DNA of 53,398 bases from positions 1 to 53,398 of the IMG/VR virus record IMGVR_UViG_3300031886_000005, one strand, 5' to 3'. Below the pieces are notes generated by a model that saw only the letters and a list, made by a program, of their open reading frames with translations, made no database searches and was not told the DNA's origin. This document shows positions 44,501-53,398 of the stretch, piece by piece. Position 1 is the stretch's first letter, and each line of letters starts with the position of its first letter. A program made the translations under genes and the position numbers. The stretch comes from a virus. Its lineage: Duplodnaviria > Caudoviricetes.

Positions 44501-45543
44501 GTTGAAGTATCTAAAGCTACATCAGAAGTATCGTAGGTGGCCTCAGCTAAGGTGCTTGGGGTTAGGGCTTCACTTGACGTGGTGTAATCCGCCGCCGCTA
44601 ACTCGTCAGTTTCCAGCACTCCCGAATCGTTGATAACTACATCCGTTGGGGTGGATAAAATGCTTTCACCATTGTGTGTCGATGTGTCTAAAGCAACAGA
44701 ATCGGTGGTGTACTCAACAGAGCTGGTCTCGTCAGTGTCAACGTCATCATTAGTGTAACTCGGAACACCAATGGCAGCAGTTGTATTGGTGTAACTTGGG
44801 TCACTAATGGCTGCTGTCGCGTTGTCATAATTAGCCGCAGTCATGGCGGCAGTTGTGTCAGTCCAGTTAGGGTCGGCTATGGCGGGAACCCAAGCCGCAG
44901 CACTGTTGTCTTGAGCAACCACCGCATCACCACTGTAGCCATCGAGATCAATCGCATGACTGTGTCCACTCTCTTCAGTGACGGAGACAGTGTGCGCGTG
45001 GCTCGGTACACTGAAGGTATGGGAGTGCTCCGCTAACTCGATGGACACATCCTCTATCTCCAGTTCGTGTATGTGAGGAGGCATCTGCTCTAGGTCTAGG
45101 GTCACCCTATGGTTGCCCCCAACCGAGCCAAGAGCTAATGGGCCGGGGAAACTAGCCCTCCCTCCGGGGAGGGTTCCCGAGCCAACAGTAACCCTGCCTC
45201 TGAAGTCAGGTGTCTTACCGTTAAACGCAGAGAGTATAGCTTGTAGCTTAGGGAAACCGCTGGCGGATTGCCCATCACAAAGCAGATAGCCATCCGGAGC
45301 AACTGTACCCACCCATTGGAAAACTGCACCAACAGGAACCTCAACAGAAGAAGCGGCACTTGTGCCTCCAAGCCCCGCTATCTTCTTTGGTACATTATTC
45401 TCAAATTGCCCCCAAAGGTCGCCATTGTTATCAACATAAAGCCTAGTCCTCTGAGTGCCAACACCCCGTACAGTCTGCTGCTCAATCCACGACGGAGGCG
45501 CGGTGTGCATTACTGGAGATATATTGTGGTAAGGTGCTCCCAT
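41551..45543 (-). CDS. Tail fibre with tail-collar domain and giant His-rich needle
   Basis: Collar motif VPVGAVFQW...PDGYLLCDG...PDFRGR...GG..RVTL..EQMPPHIH, C-terminal PPYLAINFIIK, dozens of HxH repeats. Confidence 0.85.
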   Translation of the reverse strand: MGAPYHNISPVMHTAPPSWIEQQTVRGVGTQRTRLYVDNNGDLWGQFENNVPKKIAGLGGTSAASSVEVPVGAVFQWVGTVAPDGYLLCDGQSASGFPKLQAILSAFNGKTPDFRGRVTVGSGTLPGGRASFPGPLALGSVGGNHRVTLDLEQMPPHIHELEIEDVSIELAEHSHTFSVPSHAHTVSVTEESGHSHAIDLDGYSGDAVVAQDNSAAAWVPAIADPNWTDTTAAMTAANYDNATAAISDPSYTNTTAAIGVPSYTNDDVDTDETSSVEYTTDSVALDTSTHNGESILSTPTDVVINDSGVLETDELAAADYTTSSEALTPSTLAEATYDTSDVALDTSTYGGESVPTTPTDVVINDTALTTSILAAAEYDTSDVALDTSTYGGESVPTTPTDVTINDSGILETEGVDAEIDTHGGWSIAADPTDVTINDTALTTAANADVGYTTDEVDVTTNASSGTTGAGGAEDITSDSVDVTINAGGAIEQNTASGGSQSYTTDAVALDTSTYGGESVPTTSTDVTINDSGILETEGVDAAIDTHTGWSLAVDDDVLTASTHTGWSINADDTAVTVNSGGGGTTGQSAELTTGALAQQNWDVTSSTSGAHDHLVADTIDDDDDAGFNTGGDGTAADLGIDVGGPSGEGGYNAPLGIHWTSETAEIPVSADYTVTSGASDYASTGAGTAHSHDYDVTSGGTSGTTGTAGSHSHDMSFNERSSTMEDTGLATDHQAAEIFQYIADSYVDYGAVNVWSAGGAGDSWAAPAGRSVDWTLGEDWGANDVDLNWYYGNIIEHNHDTHIDGSTDTYAAHSHSFGDHTHAVTGNTATEAAHTHNMTHTHEVDVGNHTHTVNTDLFDHTHSFDLPHAHHAGHSHDFDFDLPSHTHTVPAHGHSVSAHTHTSPAHDHTVTIGDHVHDIDGTITIPEHTHDLTAHSHDIAAHDHDSPGHTHTVTTSEHDHSIAAHSHTFTTLQHAHDIDVAAHTHDAVAHTHDVDIPTHTHTLGSHTHDLPTHSHDFTIPGHTHGIAAHDHDSPEHSHTVTVPSHTHDISSHSHDIAAHDHDSPGHTHTVTISEHDHTIAAHEHDFELAAHSHTIAAHDHDSPGHTHTVTISEHDHTIAAHEHTVTVPEHTHTIAAHDHDFTMAAHSHDIAAHDHDSPGHTHTVTTSEHDHAIAAHDHDFDIPGHGHTFQTSELDHDHTVATAALDHDHTVATSGLTHDHTFETSELDHDHTIDASEAGHYHAVDIDYAASDSDSTDGVAWIAAQSSTGATNQAGSHSGTTGTEVGLGIGHTHAGLTSEVGGREALLGAEVDPVEICPPYLAINFIIKHD

Positions 45544-45587
45544 TGCTCCGGTCTCTCGGGACTCTCCCCGATTCTATACCGTATAAG

Positions 45588-45932
45588 TTATTCAGCAGGC
45601 TCCGGTGCAGGCTCCTGAAACTTGAACTTAGCTGGTAGTGGCCGTGTACGCGCAGCTTCAATCTGCTTGTCCAAAGACGCCTTCCAGCCCTTCTCTTCAG
45701 CAGTAGCTTCTGCCTTCGCAATCGCCCAAGCCTCGTCGATTTCATCAAATGAAATGAAGTTGTCGGGGTCGAGCGGGCAGGCGATAGCAGCGTCAATAAA
45801 CGCCGAATAGCCGTCATCGCTAACTGCTGTCATTCCAGCTACTAGGGTTTCCACGACTTTTTCTTGCTGGCCGTTAACCTCTTGTGTCGTTACCAAGGGT
45901 TCCAGACGAGTGTATGCATATGTATTTGGCAT
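45588..45932 (-). CDS. Small tail-associated hypothetical protein
   Basis: 114 aa between two fibre genes (DNFISFDEI...W...LDKQI). Confidence 0.65.
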   Translation of the reverse strand: MPNTYAYTRLEPLVTTQEVNGQQEKVVETLVAGMTAVSDDGYSAFIDAAIACPLDPDNFISFDEIDEAWAIAKAEATAEEKGWKASLDKQIEAARTRPLPAKFKFQEPAPEPAE

Positions 45933-45963
45933 AATAGTATTAGTTTGTTGTTATTGGTTTAGG

Positions 45964-48900
45964 TTATATCCCTGATATAGTCCAGTTCGCGGTCACACCA
46001 GTATCCGCGCCTGTCCAACAAGTTAAGTCACAAATCACAAGCCCCATAGTCGATGCACTCGATGGGTCGTCTCCGACGTTATTCCACTCTGAAGGTTGCT
46101 CAATTCCCACCATGTGACTGTCGTTGGTCATATCAATCATCAACCTAACGGTGCGCCCTGCGGCGTAATTAGAACCTGTCAGAGCTGTTTGTGACTCATT
46201 GCCGTCCAACGTAAAGGTCTGAAGGTTGCTCTTACTGAAATCTATGTTAACAGTGTCACCAGTGGTGAGGGTTTCAACGGCTTGCTGGATTTGCCCTGCC
46301 GCATACACATCACCGCCGTCAGTCACACTAAAGCCATATGAACCTACCGATATAGACCCATCGGAATTTATTCCCAACGCAACCTCACCCACATCGGCTT
46401 GCTGAATGAGAACAGCAGGACATGTTCCTGCGGCTGGCGCAGTTTGAGCGAAGGCGACCATTTGCCTTGTCGCGCCCGTAACATTCCTTGAAACTTGAAA
46501 TGCCCTTCCCGATCCTGCCTGAGTGAACTGAGCCAAGGTGCTTCCGTCAGTCGTCGTTCCAGCAACGTGCAGGGGAGAGGTTGGCGCAGCCGTCCCGATG
46601 CCTACAAAGCCGGAACCATCTACTATGAGTGCGGGGCTGGACGCATCCATGACCTGCAATGCATCACCAGTACCATCGTTTCTTATGCGAACAGTAGCTT
46701 GAGTGCTGGTTGGGTGCTCATCTGTAAAGTAAGCAAGAGCCTCAGTGTTAACTTGGTCAACATTACGGATGACTTGGAATCCACGGGTTGCTGCTGTTTG
46801 GTTTATCTCTAATTTAGCAGTTGGCGCAGCCGTCCCGATGCCTACGAGTCCGGCTGAGTCTATATGTAGCGCATTTGTCCCCCCGTTGACTCTCAATCCT
46901 AAATAACTGCTTGCATCTGCTGTACCGCGACCAAACATTCCTGTGTTCAAATCACCCCAACCATAACCATAACCAGTGTCACACTTGACGAAACCTGTAG
47001 CTATATCTAGTTTTTGCGCTGGCGCAGCCGTCCCGATGCCGACGTTGCCAGATGAGTCAATCCGCATCCGTTCTGCTGAACCCGCAATTGCGTAAAAAGC
47101 ATCACCTACTGCACCAAGCTGAACTCCTCCCGAAGAAGTGGTGTTATCTTTAAGTCCGAGTTCAGCGTAAGCATCTGTTGACTCAATCAGCGCAACTTGA
47201 TTTTCTGCACTCGTTACGTGTAACGGTTGTGAAGGCGTACCTCCGATGCCGAGCCCTGTGCCATCGAGGGTCATTTTAACTGCGTTATTCTGGTAGAACG
47301 AAACATTGTGATCCCCTTCAGTGCCGAGAACCAACCCTCCAGATGCCGAGCTTGCGGAGAAAACCGAAAGTGCGTCTGCTTGATAAACACCGGACGAAGT
47401 GTAACCGTCATCTTGGACAGTAATGAGTCCGAGTGCAGAGTTGGACCTGACCCTTAATTGGGCTTGTGCGGCTGTGCCAGCAGTGTCGTTAGTTACTTGA
47501 GCAACTGTTCCCCCGTTTTGGTCTTTTCTTACCTCTAGCACCTGAGATGGCGCAGCCGTCCCGATGCCTACGTTGCCAGCTTCCGAAATACTGAGTCGGG
47601 ACGCACCAACACTATTGTCATAATAAAACTCCAAAGACTTGTCATTAGCTAAAGCCCCCGTTCCAATATACCAGTCTTGAGTGCTTCCAGTGCAAAGTCG
47701 AATGCCTGCATCGTCGGAGATAGCTGCTCGTTCCACTCTCACGGTAGATGTGCCTGACCCACCTATGTGAAGCTTAGAAGATGGCGCAGTCGTCCCGATG
47801 CCGACCTTGCCTGCCGAGTCGATGATCGCACGAACGACATCACCTGTAACAAACTGCATCTTGTTTGCTTCTGGTGCTGATATAAATGTAGTCTTATCGG
47901 TGGTACGTAAAGACAGTCTAGCTCCGTCAGCAATTTGCACCGCGCCGTCAGAGGCGATAACCATCCGGCTAGTAGCACCTCCATCAGTCTCTGCCGTGAA
48001 AAATTCAAATGAACCTTGAGTCGTTGCATCTGCACCAACCGCATGGAGCCGTGCGTTTCCTGCGTTGTTATCAATGACTAATGAATTTGCTCGTGCACCA
48101 GTTGTCCATACAGCACCAGATTGCGCTATTGCTCCAACAACATCCAATGTCACCAATTGAGGCGCAGCCGTCCCGATGCCGACTTTGCCGTCACCCATTA
48201 CAGCCAGTGCGTTGGAGTCTCCTCCAGTGTTAACCCGTAGACCATACGCTGTCGCATCGCTGCTCGCTATTTGCGTGTTAAGACCATGCTTTGCTCCAGA
48301 GCCACCAGAGTTGTATAGGTAGGTGAGGTAATTACTCGTACCCGGATCACCATGCACATGAAGGGGAGAGGATGGCGCAGTCGTCCCGATGCCGACGTTC
48401 TGGGAAGAATCGACAGTCAATGCTGCCGCACCACCTCCCGTGGCAAGCTGAAGTGTGCCAGCTTCCCGAAGCCTTATCATACCATCTTCGTCACCAGTTA
48501 ACCCAATTTCAAGTCCATCGTCTACGGTTGCTCCAGTGTCATCGTTGGTTATTTTAATGTAAGTATCGTCAGTGCCGTGGATGTGGAGTTTTTTTACTGG
48601 CGCATCCGTCCCGATGGCGACATTGCCACTAGAATCAATTAACATTCTACACTTATTAGCTCCAGAAAACTGATTACCCGTGCCATCACTCTGAGTCCAA
48701 AACTTGAGTCTGGAAGGGTAATCATAATCAGCAGCAGTCCAAGCTGCGTCTGCTTCAGCAGTAATCATTGCTCCAATCTCGTTGGATGCCGTATCACCAC
48801 CGAACATATAACCTCCTAGTATATCATCTGCTGCTACTGATGCTGCGGCTTCAGCACGGTGCATCATCATGTAAGCACCTGTCGAGTTTGAGACTACCAG

Positions 48901-51780
48901 TTTACTTCTGGCTGATTCTCCAGCTATCTCTACGTCAGTCGTGCCGATGCCGACCGCGCCACTAGAATCAATTCGCATCCGTTCGGCCCACGAACCACCA
49001 TGAGTCCAAAAGGCCAAACTGCTGGTTGCTCCTGACGGTGCTATGATTCCCACCCCCGCTTCACCGTTGTCGTAACCGAGATGTATTCCCTTGCTTGCGG
49101 CGGGTTCTATAAATCGAGCAACATCATACCAATTCCCCGACACCTCAACTCCTGCCTTGTAGCAGTCAAGAGGATAGGCTGGCGCAGTCGTGCCTATGCC
49201 GACATTTGCCCCGTCCGATGTATTGATTATTACATGACCTGTTCCCCTTGCATCTATTCTAAAATTTGTATTTGCATCTAGGGCAGTTGAGCCATCGGCA
49301 GTTTCATTGGTAATTCCAATACCTTGATTATGTATCTCAACACCAACAGATTTATTATTAGTGTAAAAACCCGCTACAGCATCGTATGAGTCATTATTAG
49401 CTGAAACAACAGTTAGTGCATGTTCGGGCGCAGCCTCTCCTATTCCGACTTTGCCCGAGCTGCGGTAGACATCACTACCATCTTCAGTCCACAGTTGGCT
49501 GGCAGCACCAGCAGCTACCCAAGCGATTCCACCCGCACCATCGGAGGTTAGCACATCCCCATCGTCTCCATCATCACCAGCAATCGTTAGTTTTCCTGCT
49601 GCCAAATCAATGAGCCCACCCGAGTCGACACTAAGCCGGATTGCTCCTGCCGTGTCGTCACGAATATCAAAATTCCCATTGCCATTGGAATCCATCCTCC
49701 ATTGTCTTCCGGTGGTAGCTTGATTATTCTTGACGATGAATCCTACACCTGTTGTCGAGTTCGTACCTTCAAGAAGGATATGTCCATCGCCACTGCTAAC
49801 TAGATGTAGTAACTGAGTAGGCGTACTAGTCCCGATGCCGACGCTGCCGTCAGTTAGAATTGAAAGTGCAGTTCCAGCGTCATTACCGTTTACATCAAAA
49901 TATAAAGCGTTTTTTGAGTAGATGTAGGAGTTATAGGCTTGATATATATCCATCCAATGGTCACCGACTTCGCTTGTGTCTTCTATACGAATTTTTGTAG
50001 CGGTACCAGATACATGTAACTTCTGAGCTGGCGAAATCGTCCCGATGCCGACATTGCCTGTTGTTTGTTCAATAACCATTGCATCACCAACACCATAAGT
50101 ACCGAACCTCAAGCCCTTTCCATGCTGTGAGCCTATATAAAAACCAGCATCACCGAAATATATCCGCGCCGTTTCGTCAGTAGCATTGAATCCATCTTCG
50201 CCCCAGACAATGATGTCACCTGTTCTTACGTCCAGAGCTTTGGCTGGCGCAGCCGTCCCGATGCCGACACCAGTGGAGGTAGCTGTTAATACAGGAGAGT
50301 TATTAGCCCAAAGCTGAACATGATGACTTGTGCTGTTGCCTAAAATATGGTCGCCCGCATCTCCCCATGATATAGGTTTGTCATTTGGTAGATGTATTGT
50401 GCCATCATTTTGAATCCGCATCCTCTCAGTAAGAACGTCATTGCCAGCATTCGTTTTGAATACTAACGAAGCATCATTAACTGTGTCAGACCACGCAGCT
50501 TCGGTAAGACATGAAATGCTACCCCCCACCTTCATAGTAGAGGACGCATCTTCTGCTCCTTGAAATTGTATGAGGCCAAGACGATGACCGTCACCCATAG
50601 CTGCCCCGTCATCATGTGCAAGCATTATGCCAGCACCCTGAATCGCGGTGCTGGCACTGGTGTTTAGAATCTTGAGATGATTCGGGCTGCTGTCTGATTC
50701 AAGAGTCAGTAGATGGGAAGGCTCATTGTTGCCGATGCCGAGACCTAAGTTGCCATTTTTGTTGAGGGTTAATGGATAAGTTGCTGTCTCGTCACTATAG
50801 AACTGAAGCCCATTAACGGCTGCTCCAATTTGCCAGCTCGGTGTGCCTGATTTTATTTGAATCCATGTACTGGACGCAGAAGATTCAAATAGAGCAGAAG
50901 AGGCGTTAGTACCGTTTACATGAAGCTGTTGAGTTGGCGCAGTCGTCCCGATGCCAATCTTACCGTCCTCCATGAGAATCATCTGATTGTATGTACCACC
51001 AGAGCCAAGGCCGAGCTTGGCTGTTGATGTGAGGTAAGAATTAGCACCTTGGTGAAGGTCTAAATAAGTATCGCTACCTGTCCCTTCAGTATCATCTGTC
51101 ATCCGCAGCATGATCTGATCACCTGCTAGATGTAGAAGTTTATCCGGCGAAGTCGTCCCGATGCCGACCCTATCATCACCCGAATCAACGTAAAGTGTAT
51201 CTGTATCAACAGTGAGATCACCCGTGACTACAAGGCTTGACAGTGTGCCGACTGAGGTGATGGCAGTCTGTGCTGCCCCCGTTACGGTTGCTGCCGTGCC
51301 GCTCACATTGCCCGTTACGTCACCAGTAAAACCTGTGGAGGTTACTGAAGTTAATCCAGTAATTGTGGTGCCCAGATTAAGGGTAATATCCCCACTGGTT
51401 CCCCCTCCGGAGAGATTCGTTCCAGCAGTTACAGAAGTAATATCTCCCACTTCCGGTGTAAACCATTCAAGTGTACCAGCCCCGTCAGTAGTTCTTAAAG
51501 CCTGACCGCTGCTCCCCAGCGAAGAAGGCCAAGTTGTGCTGTAACTTACGACACCCCCAAAGCCCGACAAAGAAGCCTGCTCAGTCCAAACGCCGCTAAC
51601 CCTCTTATATATTTTATGCGTATCGTTATCTAAATAGAAATCACCATCAACCCCGCTTGAGTCGGCTATCACCCCGCTCCCGCTCGTCCAGTTTGGGAAG
51701 TGCAATGAAGTGCCTCCCGCCGTTGTTGCTGCCGTCCAGCTTCCGCTGCCGCTACTTGATCTTCCTAGTGTTTTAGACAT
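45964..51780 (-). CDS. Long modular tail fibre with repeated G-x-VGIGT-xxP modules
   Basis: 1938 aa, more than 15 VGIGTxxP-type repeats, N-terminal GDFYLD...IYKR motif. Confidence 0.85.
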   Translation of the reverse strand: MSKTLGRSSSGSGSWTAATTAGGTSLHFPNWTSGSGVIADSSGVDGDFYLDNDTHKIYKRVSGVWTEQASLSGFGGVVSYSTTWPSSLGSSGQALRTTDGAGTLEWFTPEVGDITSVTAGTNLSGGGTSGDITLNLGTTITGLTSVTSTGFTGDVTGNVSGTAATVTGAAQTAITSVGTLSSLVVTGDLTVDTDTLYVDSGDDRVGIGTTSPDKLLHLAGDQIMLRMTDDTEGTGSDTYLDLHQGANSYLTSTAKLGLGSGGTYNQMILMEDGKIGIGTTAPTQQLHVNGTNASSALFESSASSTWIQIKSGTPSWQIGAAVNGLQFYSDETATYPLTLNKNGNLGLGIGNNEPSHLLTLESDSSPNHLKILNTSASTAIQGAGIMLAHDDGAAMGDGHRLGLIQFQGAEDASSTMKVGGSISCLTEAAWSDTVNDASLVFKTNAGNDVLTERMRIQNDGTIHLPNDKPISWGDAGDHILGNSTSHHVQLWANNSPVLTATSTGVGIGTAAPAKALDVRTGDIIVWGEDGFNATDETARIYFGDAGFYIGSQHGKGLRFGTYGVGDAMVIEQTTGNVGIGTISPAQKLHVSGTATKIRIEDTSEVGDHWMDIYQAYNSYIYSKNALYFDVNGNDAGTALSILTDGSVGIGTSTPTQLLHLVSSGDGHILLEGTNSTTGVGFIVKNNQATTGRQWRMDSNGNGNFDIRDDTAGAIRLSVDSGGLIDLAAGKLTIAGDDGDDGDVLTSDGAGGIAWVAAGAASQLWTEDGSDVYRSSGKVGIGEAAPEHALTVVSANNDSYDAVAGFYTNNKSVGVEIHNQGIGITNETADGSTALDANTNFRIDARGTGHVIINTSDGANVGIGTTAPAYPLDCYKAGVEVSGNWYDVARFIEPAASKGIHLGYDNGEAGVGIIAPSGATSSLAFWTHGGSWAERMRIDSSGAVGIGTTDVEIAGESARSKLVVSNSTGAYMMMHRAEAAASVAADDILGGYMFGGDTASNEIGAMITAEADAAWTAADYDYPSRLKFWTQSDGTGNQFSGANKCRMLIDSSGNVAIGTDAPVKKLHIHGTDDTYIKITNDDTGATVDDGLEIGLTGDEDGMIRLREAGTLQLATGGGAAALTVDSSQNVGIGTTAPSSPLHVHGDPGTSNYLTYLYNSGGSGAKHGLNTQIASSDATAYGLRVNTGGDSNALAVMGDGKVGIGTAAPQLVTLDVVGAIAQSGAVWTTGARANSLVIDNNAGNARLHAVGADATTQGSFEFFTAETDGGATSRMVIASDGAVQIADGARLSLRTTDKTTFISAPEANKMQFVTGDVVRAIIDSAGKVGIGTTAPSSKLHIGGSGTSTVRVERAAISDDAGIRLCTGSTQDWYIGTGALANDKSLEFYYDNSVGASRLSISEAGNVGIGTAAPSQVLEVRKDQNGGTVAQVTNDTAGTAAQAQLRVRSNSALGLITVQDDGYTSSGVYQADALSVFSASSASGGLVLGTEGDHNVSFYQNNAVKMTLDGTGLGIGGTPSQPLHVTSAENQVALIESTDAYAELGLKDNTTSSGGVQLGAVGDAFYAIAGSAERMRIDSSGNVGIGTAAPAQKLDIATGFVKCDTGYGYGWGDLNTGMFGRGTADASSYLGLRVNGGTNALHIDSAGLVGIGTAAPTAKLEINQTAATRGFQVIRNVDQVNTEALAYFTDEHPTSTQATVRIRNDGTGDALQVMDASSPALIVDGSGFVGIGTAAPTSPLHVAGTTTDGSTLAQFTQAGSGRAFQVSRNVTGATRQMVAFAQTAPAAGTCPAVLIQQADVGEVALGINSDGSISVGSYGFSVTDGGDVYAAGQIQQAVETLTTGDTVNIDFSKSNLQTFTLDGNESQTALTGSNYAAGRTVRLMIDMTNDSHMVGIEQPSEWNNVGDDPSSASTMGLVICDLTCWTGADTGVTANWTISGI

Positions 51781-51807
51781 TGATACCCCAGACTCACTAT
51801 TGACAGT

Positions 51808-51840
51808 AGTTTAAGGGTGATATTAGTATCGCGTCAAGTG
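51808..51840 (-). promoter_or_regulatory. Sigma70-like promoter for the tail operon
   Basis: Minus strand CAC-TTGACG-N18-TAAACT. A plus-strand TTGACA (51800-51805) faces terL. Confidence 0.5.
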
Positions 51841-53398
51841 GATGACGAGCAGTATGGATTAAAATTTGACCACCCCTTGAGCGAAATTGAACTGGAGCTT
51901 TATTGCTTCAGGGAAGGACGAACCCCCGAACAGGGAGGTCTCGGTAGATACGAGCACTTCAGAAAGGCGGTTAACCTAATTTGGCCTCGGATGGATTGGA
52001 ACCCGTGGCTGGAGAAGCAGACCGAATCCCTGTGTGAGAATGACTGGGTCTCTTGGACGGGCTGTGCCGCATCAGGCAAGACCTTCGCCAGCACCCTTTA
52101 CGCTCTGACTTGGTGGCTCACAGACCCCGAGCACTCCACCTGCCTGTTCACCTCTACCACTGCCAAGATGATTCGGAAGAGGGCTTGGGCTAATCTTCAG
52201 CACCTATACCACACCGCGAATGGTCAACTGCCCGGAAACATGGTGGATTCTAAGACCTGTCTTCAAGCGACCAAGGGCGATGACAAGAACGCGATGTTCT
52301 CAATAGCTGTGCTTGATGGGTCAACCTCCAAAGCGGTGGCAAATATCCAAGGAATACACTCAGAACGCATATTATGCATAGTTGACGAGGCCACAGACAC
52401 TCCCGAGGCAGCATTTGAGGCCACATCCAACCTTGCCAAGGGCTGTCGAGAGTTCCAGTTCGTAGCCATCGGGAACCCCCACAGCATACTGGACGAGCAC
52501 GGCAGGTTCTCGGAACCCGAGGACGGGTGGGACTCTGTGGACGTGGAAACGCAGGAGTGGAAGACGAGAAGAGGTGTATGCGTGCGGTTCGACGGGATGC
52601 ATAGCCCCAACATGAAGGCAGGGGAGGCCAAGTGGCCTTATTTAATAACCCCTAATCAAGTCCGACAATCAATAGAGTTTGAAGGAGAGGCTTCCCCAAG
52701 GTTTTGGAAGTTCACCCGTGGCTGGTGGGCTCCACAGGGTGTGGTCAGAACAGTGCTGTCTGAGGCTATGTGCACAAAACACGATGTCCGTGGTTCCCAT
52801 GTCTTTATGACCGAGTACGATATGGTGGCAGGGCTTGACCCTGCTTTCGGTGGGGATAGGTGCATATTGCGCTTCGCTAAGTATGGTGACTTGGAGAATA
52901 AGCTGATGGGCGTTGAGTTCACTGACACCATAAACATCCACATAGACGCTGGAGCTAAAGACCCCGTCCACTATCAGATAGCAAGGCAAGTGAAGCAGCA
53001 CTGCATCTCTAGGAACGTGAGACCCAACATGTTCGCCATTGATTCCACCGGAGAAGGCGGCGGGCTGGCTGACATCCTTATGAGGGAATGGTCTCCCCTT
53101 ATCAACAGGGTTGAATTTGGCGGGAAAGCCTCTGATATGCCTGTTTCTACAGAAGATGGAAGGAAGAGCCATGAGGTTTATGCTAATAGAGTGACCGAGT
53201 TGTGGTTCTCGATAAGGGAGTGGGTGCTTAGGGATCAGATAAAAGGAATGGATAAGGACACCATCATTGAGTTTTGCCAGCGGTTATTTGATGACGAGAA
53301 GAGGAAGATTCTTGTAGAGCGAAAAGTAGAGATGAAGGCAAGGATTGGGTGTAGTCCCGACTTGGCTGACGCTGCCGTTCTTATAATAGATATGGCTC
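51838..53398 (+). CDS. terL: Terminase large subunit (runs off the right end, completed at 1..123)
   Basis: Translated by hand from GTG 51838: Walker A GCAASGKT, Walker B ILCIVDEA, coupling motif IGNP, nuclease AGLDPAFGGD, DSTGEGG and SPDLADA. Confidence 0.93.
   Translation, partial: MDDEQYGLKFDHPLSEIELELYCFREGRTPEQGGLGRYEHFRKAVNLIWPRMDWNPWLEKQTESLCENDWVSWTGCAASGKTFASTLYALTWWLTDPEHSTCLFTSTTAKMIRKRAWANLQHLYHTANGQLPGNMVDSKTCLQATKGDDKNAMFSIAVLDGSTSKAVANIQGIHSERILCIVDEATDTPEAAFEATSNLAKGCREFQFVAIGNPHSILDEHGRFSEPEDGWDSVDVETQEWKTRRGVCVRFDGMHSPNMKAGEAKWPYLITPNQVRQSIEFEGEASPRFWKFTRGWWAPQGVVRTVLSEAMCTKHDVRGSHVFMTEYDMVAGLDPAFGGDRCILRFAKYGDLENKLMGVEFTDTINIHIDAGAKDPVHYQIARQVKQHCISRNVRPNMFAIDSTGEGGGLADILMREWSPLINRVEFGGKASDMPVSTEDGRKSHEVYANRVTELWFSIREWVLRDQIKGMDKDTIIEFCQRLFDDEKRKILVERKVEMKARIGCSPDLADAAVLIIDMA

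Noticed and set aside
41900-44700. Diversity-generating retroelement template/variable repeats
   Set aside because: The repeats are in-frame coding duplications without adenine-specific differences, and no reverse transcriptase is present.
23924-53172. Many short ORFs antisense to the structural genes and terL
   Set aside because: Shadow ORFs fully overlapping long genes with clear motifs, with no RBS or recognisable domains.

Overview
The window is an apparently complete, circularly permuted ~53.4 kb tailed-phage genome with podovirus-like virion genes and a tyrosine integrase (probably temperate). The terminase large subunit is split across the ends, which share the 7-nt overlap ATGGCTC. 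Modules: packaging/head (terL, portal, scaffold; capsid gene on the opposite strand), lysis cassette, integrase, replication/recombination (DnaB, RusA-like, SSB, Cas4-like exonuclease, replisome organiser), an early/accessory region (14.8-23.8 kb) and a 28 kb minus-strand tail/internal-virion operon. The standout is at 18.9-21.0 kb: a stand-alone Cas7/RAMP-like gene and a partner gene, then a ~650-nt non-coding array with 5-nt GGY-NN periodicity, divided into units by GGCGGTAC. This looks like a non-CRISPR RNA-guided system. Also notable: 13 copies of a 20-bp palindrome (CTTAAGAC-N4-GTCTTAAG) in the early region, a compact kissing-loop RNA candidate (15979-16089), a RusA-like resolvase whose motifs are split between two overlapping frames, and a giant His-rich tail needle whose two arms carry mirror-image repeats. 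All product calls come from reading motifs by eye, without database searches.
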